Of a DNA stretch of 64,000 bases, positions 12,966 through 29,297 are shown piece after piece. The notes beneath the pieces were generated by a model. It ran no database searches. It saw only the letters and a list, made by a program, of their open reading frames with translations, and was not told the DNA's origin. Every line of letters begins with the position of its first letter. Position 1 is the first letter of the stretch. The translations under genes and the position numbers were made by a program. Origin of the DNA: Octopus vulgaris (taxonomy: Eukaryota); the NCBI GenBank assembly GCA_951406725.2, contig OX597814.1, forward strand, positions 16,554,001 to 16,618,000. The letters run 5' to 3'.

Positions 12966-14635
12966 CAACTCGGGTTGTCCCTCTCTTAGGGAAAGTTAAT
13001 ATAAAAAAGGAATTTTCCAGGGGGTCTTGTTGTCCCCTTTGGTAATTGTCTTATGTTTGACCACCCACAGTTTAGTATTAAGGGAGGCAAAGGCTGGGTA
13101 TTAGTTCAGAAATAGTAAGGGGAAAAATAACCATTTGCTCTACACGGATGATTTGAGCATTTTATTAAAAATCAATAAATGACAGTTTCCTTAATACAGA
13201 CTGTAAGACGCTTTAGCGGAGATATAGGCATGGAATTTGGCATTGGTAATTGTGCAATATTAATCATGAGAAGGGGACAAGTAGTCAACAGCGAAGGCAT
13301 CCAATTACTAGATGGCCAGACATTAAAATCATTGAAAAGAGGAGAGAGTTATAAGTATCTAGGAGTATTAGAATTTGACAGAGTTCTAACTACAAAAATG
13401 AAAGCAAAATTTGAGAAGGAGTATTATTATTCATCAAAAGTGTGAGGAAACTAATGCATTCATAACTAAATGGCCCGAATCTAGTGCACGCTGTAAATGC
13501 TTGAGCAGTATCATTACTTAGATACTCAGCAGCTTTTGTAAATTGAACAAAAACTGGATTAGTAAAGCTAGACAGAAGAACTAGGAAGGAATTCAATATC
13601 AATGGAGAATTCTACCCAAAGACAGGAGTAGTAAGATTTTACCTACATAGAAAGGAAGGGGGAAGAGGGTTAATATCAGCAAAAATAGCGTGGAGTTATC
13701 CAATGTATATATAGTGTCCTATGTAGGTAATAGGGAAGAAAGTTAATTAAAGATGGTAGAGTCACAGCAAGACATAAGGACTTCAAATGAAGTTAAATAC
13801 CAGAAAAAGAACAGAAATTATCTGAGTAGCAGGAGAAGGCTTTTTATGGTAGGTTCCCAACGATAATTTCAGCAAAGAGTAGTAGTCATGGTTGCAGGAA
13901 GGAAAGCTGAAAAGGGAGACAGAACGTTTGTTAGTTGTTGCACATGATTAAGCATTAAGGACTAACTGGATAGAAGCCATGATAGACAAAAACCAAGTAG
14001 ATTCCCAATGTAGATTATGCAAATAAATAGAGGAAAGCTTTACTCATATGTTAAAATGGGTGAGGCACGCTGGCACAGAAAGACTACAGCAAAAGACATG
14101 ACAATCTAGGGAGAACAATCCACTGGGATCTATATAAAAAGCTAGGATTTGAACAAACTGATAAATACTATGAAGATGAACCGTGGAAAGTACTAGAAAG
14201 TTAGAAATATAAGATGTTGTGGAGCTTTAAAATTCAGATTGACAGAGTAATAGAAGCTAGAAGGCCTGATTTGGTAGTAGCAGATAAAGAGAATAGCATG
14301 TGCAAGATAATTAACTTTACGGTCCCAAATGATGAAAAATTAATATAAGAGGTGTAGAAAACAGCAAAGAACTAGGACCTAGCTACTGAATTACAGAGAC
14401 TATGAAAAGTGCGGGCAGAATGTATCCCAGCAGTTATAGGTGCATTGGGAACTATCCCTAAATATCTGAACAGATGGATAGAGGAAATAGGCACAAAACC
14501 GCCCAGTGTAGTATAGTTCCAGAAAACAGTGTTACTAGAGACAGCTAGGAAACTGAGGAGGGTTCTTATCATCTAAGTCTACTTGTTGTCAGAATTCTCT
14601 TCTTTTCCAACAGTCTAATCTGTTGATTGTATTAT
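12966..14635 (+). mobile_element. Decayed R4/Dong-like element (divergent family)
   Basis: IFQG, NHLLYTDDL, DIGMEFGIGNCA, YKYLG, CRLC, RHD, RRPDLVV, IPAVIGALG, ETARKLRRVL*; many stops. Confidence 0.85.
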
Positions 14636-14703
14636 GAAAACAGCAACAACAGCAATGATCATGATAGCAACAACAACAACAAAAACAATAATAATAATAA
14701 TAA

Positions 14704-14777
<74 letters not shown>

Positions 14778-14778
<1 letters not shown>

Positions 14779-16080
14779 GATAGGAAAATACGCAAGCTGC
14801 TGAGTTGTAATAGGATGCACCACCCAAAGGCAGACGTAGATCGCCTTTACCTTCCCAGAGCCCAAGGAGGTCGAGGCCTGATCCAATTTGAACTAGCTTA
14901 CAAAACAACCACAATTGGACTGGCCAAATATCTCGAAATATCGAATGACTGGATGCTAAAGCTCGTGGAAAATCACGAGAGACGAAAGAAGCTTCATTCT
15001 ATCATAAAGGAAAGCAAAAAATTTGCTATTGATCTCGTGCAGGATACCCAAACTGAACAACCCGAGGGAAGTACGGCAACTATTGTTGCAAAGAAGGTGG
15101 AAATGATGGCAATGAAAAAAGCGCACGAGCAATTGGCTGATAGGTGGGAGGAGAAACCTCTGCACGGCAAATATGTGACCCGCAGCAAACAAGCTGATGT
15201 TGACCAGAAGCAAACCCATCAGTGGCTACGGAGCTCAGGGCTAAAAGCAGAGAACGAAGGTTTCAGCCTGGCTGCTCAAGATCAAAGCCTATTAACCCGG
15301 AACTACCAGGCCAATGTGATGAAAAATGGAGCAGACCCAAAATGCCGATTCTGCAACGACATGATTGAAATAGTGGACCACCTAACCTCTGGATGTAAAG
15401 TCTTAGCACCAGTGGAGTATGAATTAAGACATGACAGAGTTGGCCAATATCTCCACTGGCTAAGAAGTCGGCATTACAATATCAAAACTGCCGACAAGTG
15501 GTATAATCACCACCCTGAGGCTGTAACTGAAGGAGAAAATGTAACCATTCTGTGGGACTTCCCAGTACATACAGACCGAACCATCAAGGCCAATAAACCA
15601 GATATTGTTGTGAAAGACCAAAACAATAAAGTTTGCTTATTGATCGACATGAGCATCCCCTGTGATCATAATATCTCAGCGAAAGAGTTTGACAAGCTCA
15701 GAAAATATAAAGACCTACTCATTGAAATTGAGAAAATGTGGCATCTCAAGGCGGTTACAATACCAGTGATCGTAGGAGCACTAGGAATGATCAAGAAGGG
15801 AACCGAAAATTATATGAGAATGATCCCTGGCTTACCATCCCTGCAAGAAGTGCAAAAGATTGTCTTAACTGGTACATCACACGTATTGAGAAGAGCATTG
15901 TCGATGTGAGAACTGTTGCTGCTCATGTATTTTAATTTAACTTAAAAAAAAAAAAAAACATGAACGAACTATTGAGTTTGGTTTAATGGCCTACCAATGT
16001 ATACTATGAGTTTCTTTGCCCTAGGAGTCGGGAAGACACTCGGCAAGAAATGGAAGCAAATTTGAAAGAAGAAAAAAAAA
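14778..16080 (+). mobile_element. R4/Dong-like element family 2, 5'-truncated
   Basis: Open C-terminal ORF plus 3' UTR, bounded by (AAT)n on both sides. Confidence 0.9.
14815..15909 (+). CDS. C-terminal 364 aa of an R4/Dong polyprotein (post-RT region, CCHC knuckle, restriction-like endonuclease); truncated element, not a standalone gene
   Basis: HPKADVDRLYLPR, CRFC-x8-H-x4-C, RHD, KPDIVV...LIDMSIP...K, PVIVGALG. Confidence 0.7.
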   Translation: MHHPKADVDRLYLPRAQGGRGLIQFELAYKTTTIGLAKYLEISNDWMLKLVENHERRKKLHSIIKESKKFAIDLVQDTQTEQPEGSTATIVAKKVEMMAMKKAHEQLADRWEEKPLHGKYVTRSKQADVDQKQTHQWLRSSGLKAENEGFSLAAQDQSLLTRNYQANVMKNGADPKCRFCNDMIEIVDHLTSGCKVLAPVEYELRHDRVGQYLHWLRSRHYNIKTADKWYNHHPEAVTEGENVTILWDFPVHTDRTIKANKPDIVVKDQNNKVCLLIDMSIPCDHNISAKEFDKLRKYKDLLIEIEKMWHLKAVTIPVIVGALGMIKKGTENYMRMIPGLPSLQEVQKIVLTGTSHVLRRALSM

Positions 16081-16100
16081 GTAATAATAATAATAATAAT

Positions 16101-17070
16101 AAGGGAAGTACGCGTAAGTGAGGAAGAGCTGGAAAAGTTGAAATAATAGAAGTTGCTAACAAACGAAAGTGCCAGAATTGGCAATGAAAATTGTAACTGT
16201 CATCCCAGTAATTGTAGTGCCCCTAAGAGCGCTAAGAACCAAGTTCAAGAAGTACGTCGGAGAAATTGCAATTGACAAATAGAATGTCCTGTAGAGCTGT
16301 TGCAAAAATTCTGCTCCCTTTGCACACTCAAAATCATTAAGAAAACATTAGATAGTTGAAGAGAACAAATAGCATGCTACCTTAAGCTGCAGGTAACAAG
16401 ACCGCTAATCTTACAAAGCTTCAGAAATCCCGACAAAATCTGAGTTAAAAGATTAATGACAGTAATAACTGAAAACAGAATTGATGATATGGGTGCTTTT
16501 GGACAAGTTATTTGGAAGAATTTCTGGAACTCAATCGTTGATAAAATTCTGTCAGAAGCCAAATGTGAGGAAAATGGACGAAATATTAACCACCTCCTGA
16601 GTGCAGCAATCTACGAAAAAACTAGAAATTAACAAATCCTAGCATGACTCTTTTGATTGTATTGGGTTGTTAGCCAATTTTGTGGATTCAAAGTGGCAAA
16701 AAGTGTCATCCTCCACAGTAACCATTATCTGTTAATTACATGATTTTAAATTTCTCCATAGTGAGTGAGCATACATCGAATAAGGAGATCTGATACAATC
16801 GCATAGCATAGAACAAATGTGTAAGATAGATTTTGGAGTACCATATTATAGTAGGTTTATAAAATGTGGAAACTGAGAAAATCAAGCTATATCGAGACCT
16901 GATGATTTTGGAACACATAGGTGAAAATATTTCGCATGGTAACTAGTGCATTCGAAACAAAACATAACACGTAGAAACATAGAAATTGCTAATTATATTT
17001 TCTATTGGCAGAAATCCTTTCATCTTGTATTCAGTAAGAATCCCTGAGAAGTAGTCTTGATACATGAGGA
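16101..17070 (+). mobile_element. Strongly decayed RLE-type retrotransposon 3' fragments (probably two)
   Basis: ELEKLK, VTVIPVIVV, IIKKTLDS* near 16120-16360; NINHLLSA near 16580. Confidence 0.5.
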
Positions 17071-17469
17071 AACTTTTCACCAAAACTTAAGGGACATTAT
17101 TCCTTCTATTTAATTAAACGTACAGATTTTAATAGTAATATTTATAATATTGATGGTGGTGGTCTGACTAAAGATGAGGATAATAACAATTATATCTATA
17201 ATAATCGTAATTTAAATTTTTAAAATCCTTGTCAAATATACTTTGAAGAGTTTGAATATTATTAAAGACGAGATAATTATGAAAAGTCAATTTTAATCAA
17301 TCTATTGTTTACACGTTAGAAATATTATCACTGCGATGCGTCTTTAGTGAAGTGTTTAGGCAATTTGACGCATGCGAACGTTTTTGCATTGCTGCCTTTA
17401 TAAAAATGATCGGTACTACAATTTTACAAACACCATTATATTTCCACTGCAATAATCATAAAGCACCAC

Positions 17470-17530
17470 TCCATGCATTCATACATATATACATACATAC
17501 GTATACATATATATTTAGATGTATGTTAAC

Positions 17531-17579
<49 letters not shown>

Positions 17580-18127
17580 GTATATACATAAATATATATA
17601 TATAAATATATATGAAGCATATATATATATATATACAAATATAGGTGTATTTATATATATACATACATATAATATGATTATATATATATATGTATATGTA
17701 TGTATATACGTATGTATGTATATATATATATATGTATGTATGTATATATGTATATCCAATTTCACATTTTCAATCTATATTCTTGGAAACAATTTCCTGT
17801 GAATCCTTTCATTTTGTTTTTGATTTGTTTCAATAAAGCCATTTTAATAATTAATTACTTGGGCTAGTGAAGATAAACTATGAAGGACATTAAACGAAAC
17901 AGCAATCTGAGTTCAGATAGAAAGGAAACTAACACAAGACATATTTCTTCATTCACTTTGATGCAATGAAAAATTGAGAGCTAATTTCATGTGAATATTA
18001 ATTCTCATTTCCACCGGGTTTCCAGGCTCCTAGTCATGCATACACACAAGTGCTCGTTTCAACCTGAATATACTCTGCCACATGCATATGTACATATGTT
18101 CAAGCACACAGAAACAAAGAGACATAC

Positions 18128-18176
<49 letters not shown>

Positions 18177-18281
18177 GTATGTATGTATGTATATAAATAT
18201 TATATACATTATATATATAAGGTATATGGTATATATATTTGTATATGTATATGTATATATGTATATATATATATGTATATA

Positions 18282-18357
<76 letters not shown>

Positions 18358-18359
18358 TA

Positions 18360-18396
<37 letters not shown>

Positions 18397-18420
18397 GCAC
18401 ATATTAGCACAATTATATAT
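17470..18420. repeat. (TA)n/(TATG)n/(GA)n low-complexity blocks
   Basis: Direct reading; source of the YIYI ORFs. Confidence 0.9.
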
Positions 18421-19530
18421 GCTGATATACTGATAATGTGTGTTGATCAAGCGAATATATAAGCTCGTATATATTCCCACGAACGAATGTATGTTTTTGT
18501 GTTTGTGTATTTAAGTCTATGCGAAAGTGTAGCTACATATATCTATATAGTGACATTTTCTTTATAATTGCAGCCATTTATCACAAATGAAATTATTTCC
18601 TTATAACGACTTCCTTAATTTGTTTATTACTAAGCTTCACATGCAACATCCCTACAGATATGTCCCTTTTATCCCATCAATTATCATTTGGAGAACTGTT
18701 TTGTACAGGATAGAATTATTTCATATAAAACGTTGTCATGCGACTATTATGTATGAGGAAAAATTTCTATGTGGGTATTTATTGCATCCCTTTCACTTTA
18801 CATACCGGATAAAAATCAACCATGTATTGGGGTTAGAGTGGGGGTCCAGGTATCTTCATTAGTCTGAAAGAGATAACACTGAATACCTCTACATTGCCAA
18901 AGCTGTTTAGCTCGGCTGCCCAAGTTGTTAGAATCTCTGCACTGACGATCAGAAGATCGTTCTTCGTCTCCCCGACAGGGCGGTATTCAGTGGTCTCATT
19001 TTAACGTTGATGTGCGATTAATTATACACCTGGAACTTGGCATACTGTACAACTTTACAATTAATATCCTTTTAATGAACGCTGTCAGCTAAGGCACAGC
19101 ACAAAATTTTGGGAACTACATATAAAAATAGACCTCTGCAGTAGGATGTTGCGGAAACCTCATCTGTTGACTTCGAATATGAAATCGAGCAATCAAACTT
19201 TTAATCTGTTGTATTCTTTGCGTATTAGATATTCTGTTACCTTTAAATTTTGAGTGATAAATACAGGGTTGCATGAGAGAAAATTACATTTAGAAGTAAT
19301 CGTTTTGCTTTAGTATTTTACTAATAACTATTCTTGGATTAAGATGCTGCTTAGGCAAATTTTTTTCAATGGATATCCTCATTTATGATGTGCATAGTAA
19401 TGAATATAGTTTGGCAATTAAATTCTTAAATACTACTTAGTCTATATCTTCTTACCTTTTGACGAAGAGGGGCAGATTAAGACACAAGTTCACAAATACT
19501 CACGCATACACACACATACACACATATATG

Positions 19531-19616
<86 letters not shown>

Positions 19617-19930
19617 ATATATATACATATATATACAGCATTATATATATATATATATATATACGTATTGGGATCCAGAAGACCGAAGGTGGCCGGTAAC
19701 ACTATGTAAGTGATATGGAAGTACCTTAGTTAAGCTCTCAGTTCGATAATGATACAACTGAGGAGCCTAGTACGGGTCTTGTATGATGAGCATGTATATG
19801 TTGAATAAAATGAGACAACAAAGCTAAGGCTGTGTTGAGTTTTCAGCATATTTATAAATTCGAAACATAGATATTCCAGTTCATTACAGAAAATATAACA
19901 GAAATATCTAATTCTTCAATTGAATGTAAC

Positions 19931-19957
19931 ACCGGGCAACGCCGGGTATCTCTGCTA

Positions 19958-19958
<1 letters not shown>
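19931..19958 (+). mobile_element. Helitron-type 3' terminus
   Basis: accgggcaacgccgggtatctctgCTAG|T, similar to 6079-6106. Confidence 0.45.
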
Positions 19959-20018
<60 letters not shown>

Positions 20019-20557
20019 TATATACGTACAAGGATAAAATCATGTTAATGATTTTTATCAGGTAGTCAGCATGCTATTAAAATTTTGTAGATAATTTATA
20101 CATTAAATTAATAATTATATACATATGTATATAATTATATTAAGGGAACATGCTTGAAATGCCGACGCACTGAAATATTTTTTTTTAAATATCTAAATTA
20201 TATATACACAGGGTTGTAATCGGGCTAGTGAACAAATATTAAAAAGACCTCACGTTAATTGTGAATTGGGTCCCATTTCTGGATTAAAGTCAGAAAAACA
20301 GGTTTTTTTCCTTCGTCAAGACAATGCACGAGAAATATAACTACAAATAATTATACATACAGTACAAAGTAGATTCGCATGTCTACATACAAATATTTGC
20401 GCCTATAGATCCAACAAAATTTCCTATTCCACTTACGCGCATTCACCGTCCTTTTGCCTTGTGATTGATTGTTTTTACCTATAATTATGTATGTGTATAT
20501 GTCTGTGGGTAGATATTTATTTCTCTCTAGTGATAATTACTTTGTCATTTGTATATG

Positions 20558-20788
20558 TTTCTTTATTACCCACAAGGGGCTACACATAGAGGGGACAAAC
20601 AAGGACAGACAAACGAATTAAGTCGATTACATCGACCCCAGTGCGTAACTGGTACTTAATTTATCGACCCCGAAAGGATAAAAGGCAAAGTCGACCTCGG
20701 CAGCATTTGAACTCAGAACGTAACGGCAGACGAAATACGGCTACGCATTTCGCCCGGCGTGCTAACGGTTCTGCCAACTCGCTGCCTT
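20558..20788 (-). mobile_element. SINE family C, alternative-tail variant
   Basis: Family C head and centre with a ttgtctgtccttgtttgtcccctct...aaagaaata tail; the same tail occurs at ~59005, ~61795 and ~31950. Confidence 0.85.
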
Positions 20789-20914
20789 CTTTGTCATTTG
20801 TATAAATAAACACATTCTTTTATATGCAGACATATCTACATGCTAAGCAATGCATATGAATCTGTGTGCGCGCGTGTGCGGGCATGGAGGAGTGCGCGCG
20901 CGTGCGTTTATATA

Positions 20915-21125
20915 CTCTTACTCTTTTACTCTTTTACTTGTTTCAGTCATTTGACTGCGGCCATGATGGAGCACCGCCTTTAGTCGATCAAATCGACCCC
21001 AAGACTTATTCTTTGTAAGCCCAGTACTTATTCTATCGGTCTCTTTTGCCGAACCGCTAAGTGACGGGCACGTAAACACACCAGCATCTGTTATCAAGCA
21101 ATGCTAGGGGGACAAACACAGACAC
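20915..21125 (-). mobile_element. SINE family B 3' half
   Basis: Reverse complement of ~47125-47330 including the (gagtaaaa)n tail. Confidence 0.85.
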
Positions 21126-21430
21126 ATATGTTTATATGTATGTATTAAATATGTACCTATGCGTAACGTCATAAATGCTATCTAATATTTTATCGTTATT
21201 TGAAACGTTAAACGAATTTAAAATATCATCGTTCCAAAAAGACCTTACTGTTTTTGTTTTAATCTGGCATTTACTCCAACAGTTTCTTTTTTCTTTTTCT
21301 AAAATATAACATCTGAACAAACCAACGTGGTATTTAGCGATGGCGAGATGAACTGACACAAAAACCAACTCATACTGATGCTTACATACGTACATACATA
21401 TATACATACTAATGGGGCTTAATTACTAAT

Positions 21431-21817
21431 GGAAGCACTTCGTCGGTTACGAGGATGAGGGTTCCGGTTGATCCGAATCAACGGAACAGCCTGCTCGTGA
21501 AATTAACGTGTAAGTGGCTGAGCACTCCACAGATACGTGCACCATTAACGTAGTTCTCAGGGATATTCAGCGTGACACAGAGAGTGACAAGGCCGGCCCT
21601 TTGAAATACAGGTACAACAGAAACAGGAAGTAAGAGTGGAGTGAGAGAAAGTTGAGGCGAAAGAGTACAACAGGGGTCGCCACCACCCCCTGCCGGAGAC
21701 TCATGGAGCTTTAGGTATTTTCGCTCAATAAACACACACAACGCCCGGTCTGGGAATCGAAACCGCGATCCTCCGACCGCGAGTCCGCTGCCCTAACCAC
21801 TGGGCCATTGCGCCTCC
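21431..21817 (-). mobile_element. SINE family A, full length
   Basis: Reverse complement of 6986-7365. Confidence 0.9.
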
Positions 21818-21854
21818 ATATATACATACACACACAATAGATATAAACATGCAG

Positions 21855-24010
<2,156 letters not shown>

Positions 24011-25417
24011 TCAAAGATGGAGCCTAGTATCTTTGTTGGGAACCGGTTCTCGCCTCAGTGGAAGACTCAAAATAGAAGAGGCATACATGCATATATACGA
24101 CTCGCTTCTCAGCTTTCGTCCAAAAAATTCACTCACAAGGCATTGGTCGGCCAAGTTCTTTACTAGACGACTTTTGCACAATGTGTCGCACAGTGAGACT
24201 GAATATAATACAACCTGACATAACACAGTGACATTTATATGTAAGAAATACATTTTGGCTAATACCAGTGTCTCTCTTCTCATAACATTTCTTACTGCTT
24301 CAATAGTATCGAATTAAATTGTGCCTGTAAAATATTTTACTCTCTATAAATACTTTATGATATTTTTACTTGACAGTTAATTACACCTGATATGTATTAT
24401 CAGAATTTCAACATAATTTATACAGCAAATGCAATATATAATTAATCTTATTAGCAACTCATCACAAAGTCACTATATTATTACAAAAACTAAAGTAGAA
24501 CACCGTGATTCTTCGTACCCAAGAACAATTGTATCGTAATTGAAAAAAATATAAGCTGTCGAAGACTGAATCAAGTTTCAATGTAATTTTTTCAGTAAAC
24601 TAGTGTATGTAGTTGGCATTAAAACTACGCAATTCATTCGAAATACTGACGTCATAAAATAGCCTCAACAATCTTGGAGCATATGATTGTGGAATTTATA
24701 CAGTATTATTTTTGGTAACTTATAGTCTATTTAATAAAGGTTAGTAAATGACTGGTAGTTATTTAACAGAATAGGAAATCTAAAAAACAAAACCAAGTCG
24801 TGTAATGCTCAACACCAAAGCATAAATAAAAGAAAAAATTCAATCACAGTCTTGTTGCCATTACTTCGCGATCCTGATCTTATCCACAAATTATAGACTG
24901 AGCTAAAGCAATGACATTACAGGTATCTTAAAGGGGGGGAATGCATTGAATTAATAGAATTCATAGGGCGCTAATCTAAAAGCATTTTGCTATTTACTTT
25001 CATCGAGGTTAAAGTTACTACTATCCTTACATATTTAATCAAATACAAAAAATTCAGCCTTGTGTTTCAAGTAAGTACTGAATAAATTGTGAGAATTCTC
25101 TTAATTTGAAGTTATTACAAATCTCTTTAAACCAAACTGACAAATATGGAAATACCGAATTGTCATGTCATTGTAAACAAATATATTCATGCCTTACTAA
25201 TGCTAGAACGAAACGTAAAGCAGGAAACAATGCAATTAATATGGTTTCAAAATGGCGTAGTTTTCTATTGTTTTGTGTAATACAAAGTAGAAAAGAAATG
25301 TACTCTCAGAGCAGATCAATGAACTGATAAGAACAGATTCAAAATGTAACGAACCATGAATGCTGCAGATCATGGGTTTGCCGAACATAGAATGCAGGGT
25401 TTATGCATTCTAACCCG

Positions 25418-25482
<65 letters not shown>

Positions 25483-26141
25483 ACACAGTACCCACAAGGG
25501 ATATCTGCTACATGAATCGTGAATTTATTTCTCCATATTCGTGAAATACGTTCACTACATTTAAAGGATAGCAATAGAGCTATATACTTAAATTAATTTA
25601 CTTCTTTACTGCATTTCGTCATTAGAGTGCAATTGTGCTGATGTAACAGACTGATTCCACATACTAAGTTCCATATCCATTGTCAGTGTTCAACTTTCAC
25701 ACCCATCTAAAAAGCACTAAAAGGGGACAGTTTTATCTCTCTTTTCTTTTTTTTTGTTTTGTCTGAGCTGCTTTTTTATGGAGAAAAGTGGATCCAAGTT
25801 ATTTAATGTTTTATACTTCAGGGTTTTGACTATCTCATACGATGGCAGATGATGGATTATGAATGAAGCTATTAATCAAAATTTTATTCTTTTCTTACCT
25901 GGCTACCAGGTTGTCCATTCCTGATACTATTTTCAGTCTGGTGTTGAATTCCTGGAGTTCTGTTTTGCTGTTTCAAATTAGATCCATGTCAATTGAACAC
26001 AGGTTGTAAAACAGCTGCCTTTCGATGGAAATGGTGGCGTGGAAGTCACGTAATCTCACCTGTATGCTATTTTCCAAGAGGATGATCGAAAATACTAGGG
26101 AAATGACATAGTCTTGACTGTTCTGATTGAAAATGAACAAC

Positions 26142-26562
26142 AGGCGCAGGAGTGGCTGTGTGGTAAGTAGCTTGTTTGCCAACCACATGGTTCCGGATTC
26201 AGTCCCACTGCGTGACACCTTGGGCAAGTGTCTTCTACTATATCCTCGGGCCGACCAAAGCTTTGTGAGTGGATTTGATAGACGGAAACTGAAAGAAGCT
26301 CGTCGTATATATGTATATATATGCATGTGTGTGTTTGTGTGTCTGTGTTTGTCCCCCTAGCATTGCTTGACAACCAATGCTGGTGTGTTTATGTCCTCGT
26401 TACTTAGCGGTTCGGCAAAAGAGACCGATAGAATAAGTACTGGGCTTACAAAAGAATAAGTCCCGGGGTCGAGTTGCTCGATTAAAAAAAAAAAGGCGGT
26501 GCTCCAGCATGGCCGCAGTCAAAATGACTGAAACAAGTAAAAGAGTAAAAGAGTAAAAGAGT
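26142..26562 (+). mobile_element. tRNA-derived SINE family B, full length
   Basis: A box tggctgtgtgg, B-box-like gattcagtcc, internal (TA)(TG), tail (gagtaaaa)n; matches 46924. Confidence 0.9.
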
Positions 26563-26904
26563 AACAGAACAATGTTCAATCTTCGAAGTATACTTGAGTC
26601 ATTCGAAGTAGTTAAATATCGAAGTCGAAATCCGTAGTCGATTGCCGCAAAACCAAGTCCAGTTATAGTAATTTTGAAGTAACTGAAGCTGTGATAGCGG
26701 CCAGTTATTGCCGTTGCTGATGTTTTTCTATAGACAATCTTATGTTGAATATTGATTCCGATATATTTCATTATGGCCTAATTACTGCAAATTTTCCTGC
26801 GAGGACATCAGCCTTCCGCAGTCGTCTGTTTAGGAAAACTCTGAACATTACTTCACTGACGTAACAACTCTAAGTGATGGTTCTTTTATACAGGTAGAAC
26901 CTTG

Positions 26905-27312
26905 ATTTGTATTTACGTACGTCCCCTGCCCAATTCAAGATCACAACATACATGTACACTGCAACATAATTTCTTTTCCTCAACAGGCCCTGCCCTATTT
27001 AACATTGTCCTGAGGGAGATCAAAGAGGAAAAGGATCCCATCAACTTTAAACGGAGTCTGGATATATTCCTTCAAAGAATACCAGATAAGCCACCCATAA
27101 TTGGATACAACTCACCCAACAAGAACTCACTACTTGAACAAAACTTGATACAACTCACCCAACAAGAACTTACTACTTGAACAAAACTTGACTTAAACAA
27201 AACTTGACTTAAACAGGATTCGAATAATCCTATCAGGTGGTGTTATTAAGTTAGACATGGCCTGGACCAATCTTTGGTCGAAACATATCTAAGTTTATCT
27301 AAGTCTAAGTTT
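26905..27312 (+). mobile_element. CR1-like LINE 3' end
   Basis: FFSSTGPALFNIV...FKRSLDIFLQRIPDKP C-terminus, terminal stem-loop, (ctaagt)n tail. Confidence 0.7.
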
Positions 27313-28199
27313 ATGGGGACAGTTTATCTGTAAGAAGTTTCTCAAATGCGTTTACATATGGCTGATAGTGCCGTGGTAAGTTTTAGTCTTCTGTATTTCA
27401 GGATTTCTGATTGAATTTTGTTAATTCCCAAGGTTTTCACTTCTTTCAGCATATGCGTTGCTTCTTCAACTTTCTCATAAATTATTCGAACATCTTCAAG
27501 GTCTCTGCTGTTATTGTTGGCTTTCTCCAGAATGCCAGTTTCATATCATTGTTTATAATAGCTGTGTTTCTCACAATACTCAGACCATTTCCTGATGAGA
27601 GCAGATTTGTCTGTGACAAGGTATCACTTTTTCACTTCAATGGTAATAGAAATTTGTTGCCTTAAATTTGTTAACATTCTTAATATCAAAAAAAAAAAAC
27701 AGCTTTCGTATTGCCTGTCTTTAACCCGGAGTCGATACAGTCGCACTGGTCTTGTACCCACTTAACAACTTCATTCACTTTCTTATATCACATCACTGTA
27801 CTGATATGATGATTTAGAATATGCTAGTAAGTTATTGTCTAGAGCCCGCCGACAAAAAAAAAAAAAGCCTACGATATCCTCAGTGATCTCATAATTTGTC
27901 CTTACTCTTTTTCTTCACTGTTTAAAATGCACTTCACTGAAAACATTTTCTCTACTTTCGTCCAATATTAAATACACTTCCCCGAGAATTTTAATTCGTT
28001 TTCGTCTAGAAAGGAACATTGTTCGTTTGTTCTCAAAATAAATCGCCGCTGTAAAGTAAAAAGAAAAGAAACAGAAATTATATAAGATTTGTGATGTATT
28101 GAGTATCTTGAGAACGGAGCATAAATTACCATGTTGCATTTTCAAATATAAATTACAAACAGAAAAAAAGATGATTATAATAATACTAAAATAATGAGA

Positions 28200-28234
<35 letters not shown>

Positions 28235-29035
28235 CTTCAAATTTCTTAAATAAATTTACAGCGCTGGCTATAAATTATTACTGTGTACAACATATTTGCT
28301 GTTATGATTCAAAATTCCAAGTAAAGGATTAGTACATAATCTGTTGGTTGTAAATAAATGTTACGCTTGACGGCTTTAATTTGAAATAATAATCAACATA
28401 ATCAAACGTAAATTAATCCGTCATGTACAGCGCACTTTTATATGTATATTTATATGAGTGTATGTCAATAAATACGCGTGCATGTATCAATCTTTTTTGA
28501 AAATAAAAACCGTCAGAGACACACCTAAACTCGCACCTATATATACATATACATACATACATATATATATACAATTTAATGCATACAATAAATTTCAAAT
28601 TTTACCGATATATATAGATACACATACAACATACACACACGCACGCACATATACATACGTAAGGAAAATGACTTGGTCCTATTTATAATGTATGAGATAA
28701 GACACGTGTAATATTCTTATACCATTGTTATTTTACGTCCGATCATACTATATTTGAAACACTTTTATATTGATTTATGCTTCTGTCATGTTTTTTTTTC
28801 TTTTTTTTTTGGCACATCCGCCTACCGTTCGCCTTCAAATTTATTCGATTATTTACTTTTTGATATATGCCTCAAAACAAACTGCAGGTCAAGAGAGAGA
28901 GAACTTCAACCAACTCTGTTAACCGTTGGCCTTTCTTTCATTTCTTCACATAATTATATACATTTTATATATAATTTATAATATACATTTTATCTCTGCG
29001 TGTGTATACAAGTGTACATGTACGCACACATATGC

Positions 29036-29067
<32 letters not shown>

Positions 29068-29160
29068 GTATATACACATATAATTAGTTATATGTATATA
29101 TATATATGTATATATATATATATGTATTATATATATATATGTATATACACATATAATTAG

Positions 29161-29203
<43 letters not shown>

Positions 29204-29216
29204 CACATATAATTAG

Positions 29217-29297
<81 letters not shown>

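Larger units (their letters stand above)
25590..27665 (-). mobile_element. Decayed RTE-clade LINE, interrupted by SINE B and a CR1 fragment
   Basis: Collinear minus-strand motifs: KVEEATHMLKEVKTLG, RTIT..SEVMFRVFLNR, IFNIRLSIEKH, LLENSIQVRLRDFHATISI..YNL, LDGCES*TL. Confidence 0.7.

Noticed and set aside
27255-27290. gacca-atctt-tggtc-GAAAC half-hammerhead
   Set aside because: No CUGANGA box; better explained as the 3' stem-loop of the CR1-like element.
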